The notes under the pieces are model-generated. The model searched no databases, was not told the origin of the DNA, and saw only the letters and a program-made list of their open reading frames with translations. DNA of 63,970 nucleotides, counting the filler, from Octopus bimaculoides (Eukaryota), in NCBI RefSeq assembly GCF_001194135.2. It is 7 parts of 6 records of this genome, joined end to end, with 100 filler letters (N's around TTAATTAATTAA, not from the genome) between each part and the next. Parts side by side here need not be neighbours in the genome. Positions count along the whole stretch, not along the records: positions 36,253 to 50,217 come from NC_068981.1; 6 more parts are not named here. One strand, 5' to 3'. Made by a program: the position numbers and the translations under genes. Shown in pieces: positions 36,726-49,100 of this stretch; position 1 is the stretch's first letter; the number at the start of each line of letters is the position of its first letter.

Positions 36726-39700
36726 CTATAAAAAGAAAAGAGGTAAATATCTCTAAAGACTTCATACAGCACACAATATATTTAGGTACAAATTTAGAAT
36801 TATGTTGTCGAGTAAGTAATTACAAGTTTTAATCTCTTCACTTTTATCATTACTATTTAATGAAAGAAAAATTAGGCAAGCAGTTAGATTCTGAGTAAAT
36901 TTTTCTACATCTTTTGTTTGTAGTTTGTTGAACTATTTAGGGGAAGTTTGGGCTAATGATGGAAGATTTTCAAATCTACATGCTTTGATTCTTAGAAATA
37001 GAAAAGGAACTTCTATGGGGTGGCAAACACAGTTAATAAATAGTTGAATATAGTGAAAATTACTGAAACATGAAAAAGTAGTGTATATTTATATGTCTAT
37101 TGTGATTCCAATCAGGAGCTGGTCAGAATCGTCTCTGCCACCACAGAGAGGATTGGGTCTATATTGGTCTTTGGTGGTTTTAATTTAGATCAATTTTGGC
37201 ATAATTAATTATCAATGCCTAGAAACTATAATAGTAGTAGTAGTAGTAGTAGGAGCAGTAGAAGTGGTGGTGGTTATTAGAAACTGAGAAAATATTACTT
37301 ACCACATCATGACTGTTGAAAAGCAGAAGGTAAGGAAATAGAGGAACATAAGAAGTATGTTGCTGAATATAAATATGGTACTAAAGTGCAGAATGAAGAT
37401 GACAACGATGCACACTAGAGCCATAATGATCATTGTAGAAATCATCCATGCTAGCCAGCTGATGATTCCATACATTCCCATAACACGTAATGCCTGGAAA
37501 AGATTTTAAAAAAAGCAAATATCACCAACAGTTTTTTTTTTCACTTTTGCTTGTAACATGGACTGCCATTAATTAATAATCATTAAAAGGGAGTTAAATC
37601 TATTGTCAACTGTTAGACTACTAGAACAAAAGAATAATGTGACAGCATCTGAAGCAGTTAATACATTTCTGTCGTGTTTCAATGGAATAACATAACTCTT
37701 TAATTTTATACTTTCCTTTCAAGTGACTATTTATGGGAAAAGGGAGACATATACTATAACATGTTGGGCACGCATGTCTTCCCTTGAGTGAATGTGTGTG
37801 TGTGTATGAAATTGTTAGACATGGGAGAAATCAAAACTGATTGAGCTAACAAGGGCGCTTCTATGTGGATATTTGTCCTGCTTGAAACAGTGGTCAAATC
37901 TTTCTAAAATAACATACCACTGTCTTAAAAAAAGGAAGTGTATAAAGTCCTAGATGCTTATGTGTGAACGATGGTTATGGCTTAAAAGCCTTTGAGGTTA
38001 GTACAATCAGAACTGATTTGTAGCTAAATGACAACAATAATATAAAGAGGGTCACTAGAAATTTTGTTTTTGTGATGTTGCAGGATTCTTTTCCATTTAA
38101 TCCCAAAATATTGCACTACAGAATTAGATTTTATAGGGTTAAGAGCAAGAAAATGTTTCTTCTCCTAAAATGGGATCTGAAGAAATATTCAACCTTTAGC
38201 ACACTGCATTTTCTCTAGAATTGTCTTCCCTGCTACTGCCCTGTTACTACTGGGGAGAAAACTCATATGGCGACATGATGCACCTATAGTGTGCTAAACG
38301 TTAAGAATCACTGCTTTATGGTGTTATTCTTTTATTCTTATACTTGTTTCAGTCATTGGACTGTAGTTATGGTGGGGTACTATCATGAAGGGTTTAGTTG
38401 GTCATATCAACCTCAGTACTTATTTTAAGTTCAGTACTTCTATCAGTTTTTTTTTGTTGAACCACTATATGATTGGAATGTAAACAAACTAACACATACA
38501 CAATGATACTTACATACATACACACAAACTCCCCACCACGTATATATGATGGACTTTCACACAGTTTCTATCTACCAAATTCATTCACAAAGCATTGATT
38601 GACATGAGGCTATAGTAGAAGATACTTGTCCAATGTACTGCACTGTGTGATTGAACTTAAAACCATGTTTTTTAAGTGGACTGCTTAATGACAATTTAAT
38701 TTATAAAAAACTTATTCTATTTTATAAGAAACTTAACTAAGTCCTCTTATATAGACTATATTTAACAACATGACTTACTTCTTCTTGTCCTTCAGCTCGA
38801 TCTTGTACAATATTACGTATACCTAAGCCAAGTGATGCCAGCCAAGCCAGAGTCATCATGATGGGTAGCAAATAGCTACTGACAATATGCAGATATCTAA
38901 AAGAAAACAGTATTTTTTCATTATATTCATAGTTCAGATTGAAAAGAAAAATTTCATACAAAGCAAATGTCTAAGATAGTGACTTGCAGAAATAGGTTCT
39001 AATGAAGCAGCATTTTTGACCTTCTTCTGAATGGAAAGTAAACTGTTTCAGCAACCTTGTCTAAAGCACAGTTGTCATGGCAAAATTCTCCCCAAAAGTT
39101 TAAAATTTGAAGTCAGTTTGAACTGAGATATTCTGCTGCTTTAATCTGAATTGCAACATGGAACTGTTTTTTGTGGGGGCAACCACAACATACAACTTGT
39201 TGAAGAATTTTGAAGATTTTTATCTCTATACAATTAGAAACCTTGGATAAGTGGGTAGGCAGTGGTAACTGTGTGCCAGGTAAGTGGCTAGTGATGATGT
39301 TGCCTGATATCCATGTAAAAGATCTTATTCCTTGTAGGTATTGTAAAGTAAGAAAAGAAAAGACTGATCTAATATTAATTTTCTTTGATGGAACATTTGA
39401 AATCTTCATGTATTTATCTTGATCTAGCCATGTGTACTGGGAATGAAGATTTTAGATTTATAATATGTTATTAGTACAGCTTTTACACTAAGCATCAAAA
39501 TCTTAAGATATATATAAAAAAACAAACTGAAATAATGACAACAAAAAAAAACAAAATAAATACTAACTCGTCCTTCATGTGACAGGGGTAAGGGAATTGC
39601 TTCAAATGAACTCCAGGTATGCTAACATTGGCTCCAAATTCTTCCATATGACTCTCTATAATTGCTTTGTCAATCATATCTTGGAGCTGGATAAATCCTT

Positions 39701-40531
39701 GCAGATATTTCATTTCAGTTGCTAAATTGTCTTCTGGACGAGGCCTCCAGTATCTACAAAAGATTTCACATTTCTTAAGGTATTCTTTTAAAAATAGACA
39801 AACAGTAAACACAATGTTGTTTTATAATTATAGAATAGTATGCAAATCTTAAGTCAATTCTTGAAACAGTTCTCTGAATATTGATATTACAACACCTGTC
39901 TACTGTATTAACTGGTCTTGAAATCACTCATAGCTCTGCTATCTCTAATAACTTTGTACTTAATTACCTTTCATCTTGTGGTGGTTATCCTCTTTATCAG
40001 TAGCATTCTCTTAATCACCATTAAATATATATACCTTAAGTTGGCATCACATTTTACTCTCAGAGAGTTGATGCTAACATTAGTACTTACCAACAGACAA
40101 CTTCCACCAATGTGGATTTTCAGTTTATATTGATATAGAAATTTGATAATTTTTGTTGTATTCTTGGAAGACGTAGATATATAATCCAGCAGACTGACCT
40201 AGCTCATGTCATCATAGAAAACCCTCCCCACAAAACATGAAAGTAATGCTGCTGTTGCTGCTGCTGATAGTGATGATAATCAGAATGATGATGAAAACAA
40301 TAAAATCGTAAAATGTTAAATAAATCTGCATCTAAACAAATGTTCTTACTGTTCTCTCAGTTTTCTAGTCATTGGTATATAATCAACATTCATTCGTATT
40401 TCATATTTTATGTGTTTTGGAATTTTGGGTTTAGTTTCTCTCTTTGATCTCCTATTTTCTTCATCTTCCATTTCTTCAGTATCCAGGAATATAATTGCTG
40501 GAAGAAATTAAAAATGATTATAGAATAAACA

Positions 40532-40575
<44 letters not shown>

Positions 40576-43020
40576 CTACCTTACTTTCCTTCCTTAGCGT
40601 CTGCTAATACTTAACATGTACCATGTCCTTGCGTTGTTTTTTGTGTTTGTTCTTCGTTTTTTGGATTTAAATATATATATATATATATATATAAATATAA
40701 TTAAGGGATCAGCAAATATTTGCTTCACCATATACCGAAGTTCAGAAATAGCAGCTAACTTCGGTATATGGTGAAGCAAATATTTGCTGATCCCTTAATT
40801 ATATTTATAAATATATATGAGCTTTTAAATAAGTTCTCCACCAATAATGGTGCTTTCATACCGATGGGCTTGGTAAAAATTGTTAATTGTTAATTGATTT
40901 ATTAATTAATAAATTGATAATCCTTTACCCTTTTAATTTGTATATATATATATATATAATAGGTAGGCAGAGTTAGCAGTTATAGTAACCAACTAAGGGA
41001 TAAAATATCCGTATTTACTATCGGTATCAGTTATCTGTGTTATCTGTGGGCATGAGCATGTAGGCATACTATGCTCATAGAATACAGGTAACAACAGAGT
41101 AAACAAAAGTTTATCAGGAATCAAATTTAGATAATTAGAAAATGGAGAAAACCTCAGATCAACAAGTCAATCAGACCACATCTGTAACTTAATATTTAAT
41201 ACAAAACATGACATAGCATAACAATTATGTGACATAACAATTCTTACGGCTGTTTCTGCTTCCAATGTCAGTCGGTGCCTATGAAAGAATTGCATAAAAT
41301 AATATTCTTCATCTTCATAGGATATTTGGACTAGAACATGGAGCTTCATCAGAGTGAATAAAAAAGTGTCCAAAAAGTAAACAAAGGGGAATAGGAAAGA
41401 AAACATAGCATATCGAAGAAGTCTGGAGGCCTAATATATTAAAATCATACAATCTTCCATCATAGGGCTTCGAAGTCGGTAGGCTATGATGGAAGATTGT
41501 ATGATTTTTATATAATTAGGCCTCCAGGTTTCTTCTATAGGCCATGTATTCTTTCCTATTCCTTCTTCCTTTTGGATGCTTCTTTTTTATTCACTCTGAT
41601 GAAGCTCCATGTTCTAGTCCAAATATCCTATGAAGATGAAGAATATTATTTTCGAAATTCTTTCGTAGGCACTGAATGACGTTGGAAGCAGAAACGGCCG
41701 TAAAAATTGTTATGTCACATAATTGTTATGTTATTTCATGTTTCCTATTAAATAATATTAAGCTACAGATGTGGTGCAATTGATTTGTTGATCTAAGGTT
41801 TTCTCCTTTATGCACTATTATGTGTGAGATTGTGCATTATGTATGAAATATGGAAGGTTTCAGATGAAACATAAATTTAGAATATTAACAAAATATTCTA
41901 CATATTCATGAAAATTTAAAAAGAAACCTAATAAAAGAAGGATTTGTTTGGCATGAGTAACTCGAAAATACTTTCAGTTAATTTTACAGCTTCATGCAAA
42001 CTTTGAAACACAGAACGGGTATACTTGACTGAGCAGATTTCTTTCAGATCCCTCATACTTCATAAGAACTGAAAATTATTATATCGATCATCAATTAAAA
42101 TTCTGTACACCTTCTTTCTTTGCTTTGAAAATTATGATCCCTTCAAAAGTTAAATTACTTTATGAATATTATTGCTCATACATGCATTCATTCAGTCAAA
42201 ATTTAAAACATTAGTATCTCCACATCCTGATCTTGTATCAATAATTTATGTATAAGCCAACAAAGGGTTTTGTATGTCATCATTCAACTTGAAAGAAATA
42301 ACAGCCAAATCCTCTATAAATCACACCTAATTATCTTGAAATGGGTACATTGTACAATGGAGTTCTAAATATACCAAAAAATGAGATAGTTGTCACTGGA
42401 TTGCCTTTGATCATAAGTCTTCTTGATCAAGGCTGACTTGTGGTAAAGTAGCAACAGCTTAAATTCTTCAATATTTTAAAATGCTGTAAATATGTCTTGA
42501 AGATCTATATATGGTACGGCAATATATATTTCTTAAGGTTTGAAATTCAGTGGTATTTCACTGAAACAATGTGACCTAAATCCTCAATGAAATCATCATC
42601 ATCATCTTTTAACATTCATTTACTATGCTGGCATGGTTTGGACGATTTGACAGGAGCTGGCCAAGCAGAGGACTACACCAAACTTCTGTGTCTGTTTTGG
42701 CATGGTTTTTATGCTGGATGTCCAACCAAATATTGACCACCCTACAGAATGGACTGAGTGCTTTTTACATGACACCAACACAGGCAAGGTCAGTTTTGGC
42801 ATGGTTTTTACAGCTGGATGCCCTTCCTTCTAAATGCCAGCCACTTTATAGTGTGGACTGGATGCTTTTTATGTGGTAACAGGAATGGCAGAGCAACTTG
42901 CAAGACAAAGAATCTTTGATAGGAGAAGGGACATTGGGGGAGATGAGAGAGAGGGAGAGAAAGGGAGAGAGAAAGCCAGAGAGAGAGAGAGGGAGAGAGA
43001 AAGAGAGAGGGAGGGAGAGA

Positions 43021-43059
<39 letters not shown>

Positions 43060-43069
43060 NNNNNNNNNN

Positions 43070-43105
<36 letters not shown>

Positions 43106-46100
43106 TCAAGAATAAGGACAGAAATGGGTGTGCTACTGTAAAGGAGATACATGGTTACCCAGCCAGAAGGAGGAGCAAGAGAGAGATAGAAAGAGTGGAA
43201 GACAGTAAGAGTACAAGAGAGAGCAGGAGAAAGATGGTGGCAAAGAGCCAGGGCATACTCACAAGGAATGGGGATCAAAACATTGATGGGATATTAGAGT
43301 AAAAGAAGAGAAAGATAGATGGTTGCAAGTGCCAGTGCATACCCTCAAGGTATGGTAGTCATAATATAAGTAGTAGGGCATCGCCAAAGAAGTATGAACA
43401 AAGAGTAGGGGTGGGGAATGCAATGACTGGTGAGAACCTAGGTATATGTAGAGGGTGGAGAACTAGGGGATAGAAATGATACAGTGAGCAGGACAGTGAG
43501 GACAGGATTGGGGAGTGAGAAATAATCATAATGCATGAAAGAGGAAATGTGAGGAAAAGAAGAGATGTCTTTAAAAAAATGTTATCTTACCTGCAAGAAA
43601 TTCATTGCTTTTGCTTAGATTTAAGGCCTCTTTCTCAAGTTCATCAAATGACACACTTTTGAATCTGTCATTTGATAGACAGGAAGAATAATTAACTACA
43701 TTGGAGAGGAGCAACCGCAGATTACCAAGAGTTTTATCATCCATTGAGTTAAGCATGTGGATGCTGTCAATTAGTGCTGACTTTTCTACATCAAACATAT
43801 CATGCAACATGTCTTTGAAAAATTCAGTTTCAGTGTATTTCTGAAATAAAGAAAGAAAAAAGGTGTTAGTATTGAAATTCATGATAGAAAATTACAACTA
43901 TGTATTTATGCATTATTGTATTGACATGTGTTATAAATAGAAGCATATGTTTAGTTGAACCAATTGACACCTTTCCCTTGTAAATGTATCCTTCATATTC
44001 TGGCATTAAAAAGAAACTTGTTTTCATTCTATGACATACTTTTATATTCTTAATTTCATGGTTTCGGTTTTGAGAAAGGAACTGTACCCATGAATTTTGC
44101 AGGCCTTCTCAGTCCTGTGAGATTGACACTTGGGTAAAATGTGGGAAATACAGAAGAAGAGAGAATGTGTTGAGTAAATATATAGTCTAGTTTGCAAAAC
44201 ACAAAATTGATGATGAAAAAAATGTAAAAACAATTGTGATAGGAGGGCTTCAGCAGATTAGCTGTCTCTGAAGTGCATTAGACATTGTTGTAGTGGTACA
44301 AGAGGCAGAGTGAAAAGATAGTGGGATAAAGGCTTTCTTTTGGATGAAGTATAAGATATTTCAGTTCATGTGTAGTTCTATTCCATTGTAAGTCTCAATC
44401 AACTTTGTACAGCATCAAAAGCTTTTGGAGGTGGGACAGAAGTATTTTCTGGCCTTAAACTAGTGCTATAGATCCTGTTTTTGGTAAAGTGACTGTAGTA
44501 ATAATAATATTGAATATATAATTATTCATTATTATATATTAACAACTTCAAAAAGTTTATTGGTGTTTTAAACTAGTCAATGTATCATTGGCTTTTAGTT
44601 ATAAGTTACAGTTTGATAAATTATATTCAAAGTTCAGTGCTTAGTTTGAAAGTGTCTCTTCAAATTGTATTCCTTCAGAGCAGCAACACTGTCTTGAAAG
44701 AGTAGGTACTTTGCTTTGCTTCTAATATTGGTAAATAAATATTAGTCTATTGATTTCTTGTTAAATGCATGATATTTATTTCTAATTTCATTTTTTTTAC
44801 TTTTTGTAGCTCTCATTATTAGGATAAAATTTGAAATACTTGTAATAATATGCATATTCAAAGATTTGAAAATTACCAAACATATGTAGAGTATTGCTTT
44901 ACATTTTGTTTTCAAAATTGCAAAATCAGATTATTGTTTTATTTAGTGCATTACTCTCAAAACATCCTGTGTGTTAAACATTTATGAGAATATCGGTGGG
45001 CCATGCAAATAGACCTTGTGAGCCATAGTTTGACTTCCTCTATGTTAGACTATGTCCTGCAGTATCTAGTTTCATCCCCTGGTTTCCTGAATTCAAATCC
45101 TCTCATGGTTTAATTCGCTTTTCATTTTTTGAAGTTGATTAAATAAATATCAACAATCATTGCTATCATTTGAGGCAAGCATACATTTTTACATACAAAA
45201 ATCGACATTGTGCCAACTCAAAAAAACAAAAAACATTTAAGATTTTGTTACATAAGGTTATAAACTAAAAGGCTAAGTTAGAAAATGCTTGTAAATATTT
45301 ATGCAATCTTACCATTATGTCAGTTAGATTCTGTAGTTTGGCTCGGATTGCAGAGACATCTTGTAAACCTGTAGCCCATTCTTGACTCATGTTCTGAAGT
45401 TGACCGATGAAAGCGAAAAACTTCTCCATCTTAAAAAAAAGGAAATCAAGAATTTACAAACATGTTCTATTATTGGCTTACCTAGTGAGACATTTTAAAA
45501 ACTATTTTAGCGAATGGAGAGAAAAGAACAAGGAAAATTTCAACACAGAAGAAATTCAAGGAAAGGTGAATGAAATGAGGAGTTAAATTCAATTTGTGTT
45601 CTTCGTAAATGAATGATAAAAAATATTTTCATTTCTGAAGTTGTCACAACAATTATGTTTAGATTCTAATTGTTATAGGTGCAGGAGTGGCTGTGTGGTA
45701 AGTAGCTTGCTTACCAACCACATGGTTCCGAGTTCATTCCCACTGCATGGAACCTTGGACAACTGTCTTCTACTATAGCCTCGGGCCAACCAATGCCTTG
45801 TGAGTGGATTTGGTAGACGGAAACTGGAAGAAGCCTGTCGTATATATGTGTGTCTGTGTTTGTCCCCCCAACATCGCTTGACAACCGATGGTGGTGTGTT
45901 TACACCCCCGTAACTTAGCGGTTCGGCAAAAGAGACCGATAGAATAAGTACTAGGCATCCAAAGAATAAGTCCTGGGGCCGATTTACTTGACTAAAGGCG
46001 GTGCTCCAGCATGGCCACAGTCAAATGACTGAAACAAGTAAAAGAGTAAAAGAGTCTTGAGTTACTTAAGTACAATGCAATCTCAAATATAATGTGGCGC

Positions 46101-49100
46101 TGCTGCTTTCTTTAGATCAACAGATGTTGAATAATTTGTTGCTTTATAGAACTCTTTTTACAACCTGTTACAAACCAAAAATGTATTTTATTTAAGCTGA
46201 TATTATTCTGACCCTTTTGGTAAATTGGAATAATTGCTAAGGAATTATTAGACCCTGTGTCTTTACAACTTGAAAGACTTTCTAACACTTATCATATTGT
46301 AATAAAGCCACATTGCACTGCAGTTGTAATTATATTTGACTCCATGACCCTTTAGTTGTTAGTATATTGACTTAATCTAAAATCAATTGTGTATGAAGAA
46401 CATTTTTTAATACTTAGCTCTGTATGACACAGCACCACACTGCATCAACCAATCAGCCATGAAATGCATGGTACTACAAGACGCATACTAACTTTGCTTA
46501 CATTTATTTTTGAAGGATGTAAGAAACTCGCCAGTATAAGGGGTGGGAAAGCTCCAATACCTTATGACATTTGTTTCTGCTTTGTAACAGAAACATTATA
46601 AGACTGGGTTTTAACTTGGAAAATTTTCAACTGGATATTAACAGTTAATATTGATAAATGTTGTACTAAACACTTGGTGTGCTGATCCTATAACCTTAGT
46701 TTGATTTTTTTTTTGCAACATTTCATACATCACAAATGACATAGAAAATGCATGAAAGTCTTGACATCCATTTCTTTAATTCTCATACTTGAAATATGTG
46801 GCATATTGCCTAAGTGAGAATTTAATGCTGATAAATATATTTTTTCATAAAAGATTATGTGAGGATTCATAATTCAATTCTTTGATTTTACGATGAAGAA
46901 GAAGACATTGACATAGCTGAAATTATAAGCTGACTGCACTCAAAAACGAAAAAAAGTTAAAATTTTACTTACTTTTCCAATGATGGCACTTGTAACCTTG
47001 TTTTTAGGAGTGTATAGAATCTGGCCTCTGATCAAGGGTTTTAAAAACTTCCATGTTATTTCTCCCATGTTTGATTTCAGTATTCCTTTGTATAACTGCT
47101 TACAAAATTGGTCTTAAAAGAGTCAAGAAAAAGGCATGTAGTCTATTGAATAATAGTTACTAAAGCAATGATGATGATCATGATGTAAAATGATGGTAAT
47201 GATTGAAGTGGTGGTGGATTGACGATACAGTGAGTGGTAGTAGTGGTAATGTCATCATTTCTGGTGGCAGTGATGAAAATGAGATTCATAATAATGATAA
47301 ACAGCATAAGACAAATTGAGTATGATTTGATATATTTTCTTCAAGAAGGGGCACAACACATGATATACTAAGAAAAAAACTATTCAAAGACTTGGGATTT
47401 ATGTGTAAAATGTCTTACACTCTATGGCATCAAAGACATTGTTATATGACAACTAGTACTTTTGTAACTGTACAAACTCTCTTGACAATTGATAAGAAAC
47501 ATGAATAGGAGATTACTGCACTTGGCTTTTAATATATAAAACAAACTTCTACAAACTGCAATTGGAACTATTTAAATGGACAAACTATAAGCTTTTAAAT
47601 GCAGTGTGTAAAAACGCCACTTGTCACTTTTCCCTCAACAATGCAGTGAACCATGTATTAATCTACTAGCTTACTACTGTTTCCAATGTGTATCAAGACT
47701 TGAACTTCTTAAAACCATAAGCAGATAATGGGCATTTTGTTGAGGTGATTGAGTTATCATGTGCATTGGAACAATGAAATATCCCCACTCTTTCATACTT
47801 TCCCCTTTCTATGAAAGCACATGGACAATGTAGCACAAACAGTAGCAGTCATCACTTCTCTAGTTGCTTGTATAGTTGTGTTCTCTGCTGAAGTGCTGTC
47901 AGTGACTTAGGAGGAATATTAGTGTATGTTGTCATGTCAGGAAAGTACTACATACACACAGACACACACACACGCATGCATATATAAATGTACACAATTC
48001 TGAAATTCATTCTTTGTTGTGGTATTTTTCTTTTTATTTAAATAGTGTTTTACATAACCTGATATTATTAGCTAGTGTTACTTACTTGGTAGAGAGTTGT
48101 ATTCACGCCGTTGTGATTTACTGAGTCCATCTTTTCCTTTGATTTCATTTGCTGTACTGAAAATGCTGAGGCCACCCCCGGCATCCAACATAAGAGAAGC
48201 ATTTCGACCACAGATAACTGGTACAAGCTCTTTAAACATGCTCATATCTTTAAGAAAGAGTGAGATGAGAACACAATGATATTTATTTTAAGAAAGTTTG
48301 GGTTTATGAAGAGCATTTTAAAAGCATATTTGAAGAAGGATGTATAAGCAACTCAATTGACCCAGTATGCTACAAACTGTAAACTGGATCTAGTTATTTT
48401 TATGCTAGCTAGTTATTTTACTGACCCTAGAAGAATGGAAAAAAAATTATCCTTATCAGGAGTTGAACTTAAAAATCTCAAAACAGATATAAAAAAACTT
48501 TCAGAGCACTTGTTTCTGCTACTACTTACAGAAGAAGCATTGTTTACAGTATGGGGGGCGGGGGGGCTGGATCATATTTAGCTATGCTTGTTTTGGTGAT
48601 GGAGATAATACGATTTGAAGACAGAATACACTAAAGATTTTTCTATTTCGTATTTAGTTGTATCCTAAGTAAAAACTGCTTAGCTGATATTGGTTTCCAT
48701 TCCTCCAAAGTGAGATATGTAGCAGTCTTGTACTGGGTTTATTCAATCAATAATACATCTGCTCCTACATTCTGAGACCTTATGACAATGTATGAAAACA
48801 TATTATTTTTAAGCATTAAAAAAAAACCCCATCCCTCAGGAAATAACATAAACATACCGCCTTTAGATGAGTCAAAGTTAGAGAATATTTTATATATTTC
48901 ATTATCATTGAATGCTGTTCCAACTCCTCTTACAAGTGCGCTGGTCCTGGACATGTCTTTAAATGTTTCTTTTGCAACGGGTACTGTTATGTTGGTTGAT
49001 TTCAGCAAAGTTGAAGCACGTAGTAAGACATACTGAAAAAAAACATAACCCTTTCTATATTACTAAAATATAATAATTTTTATGACATGTCATTTCATTC

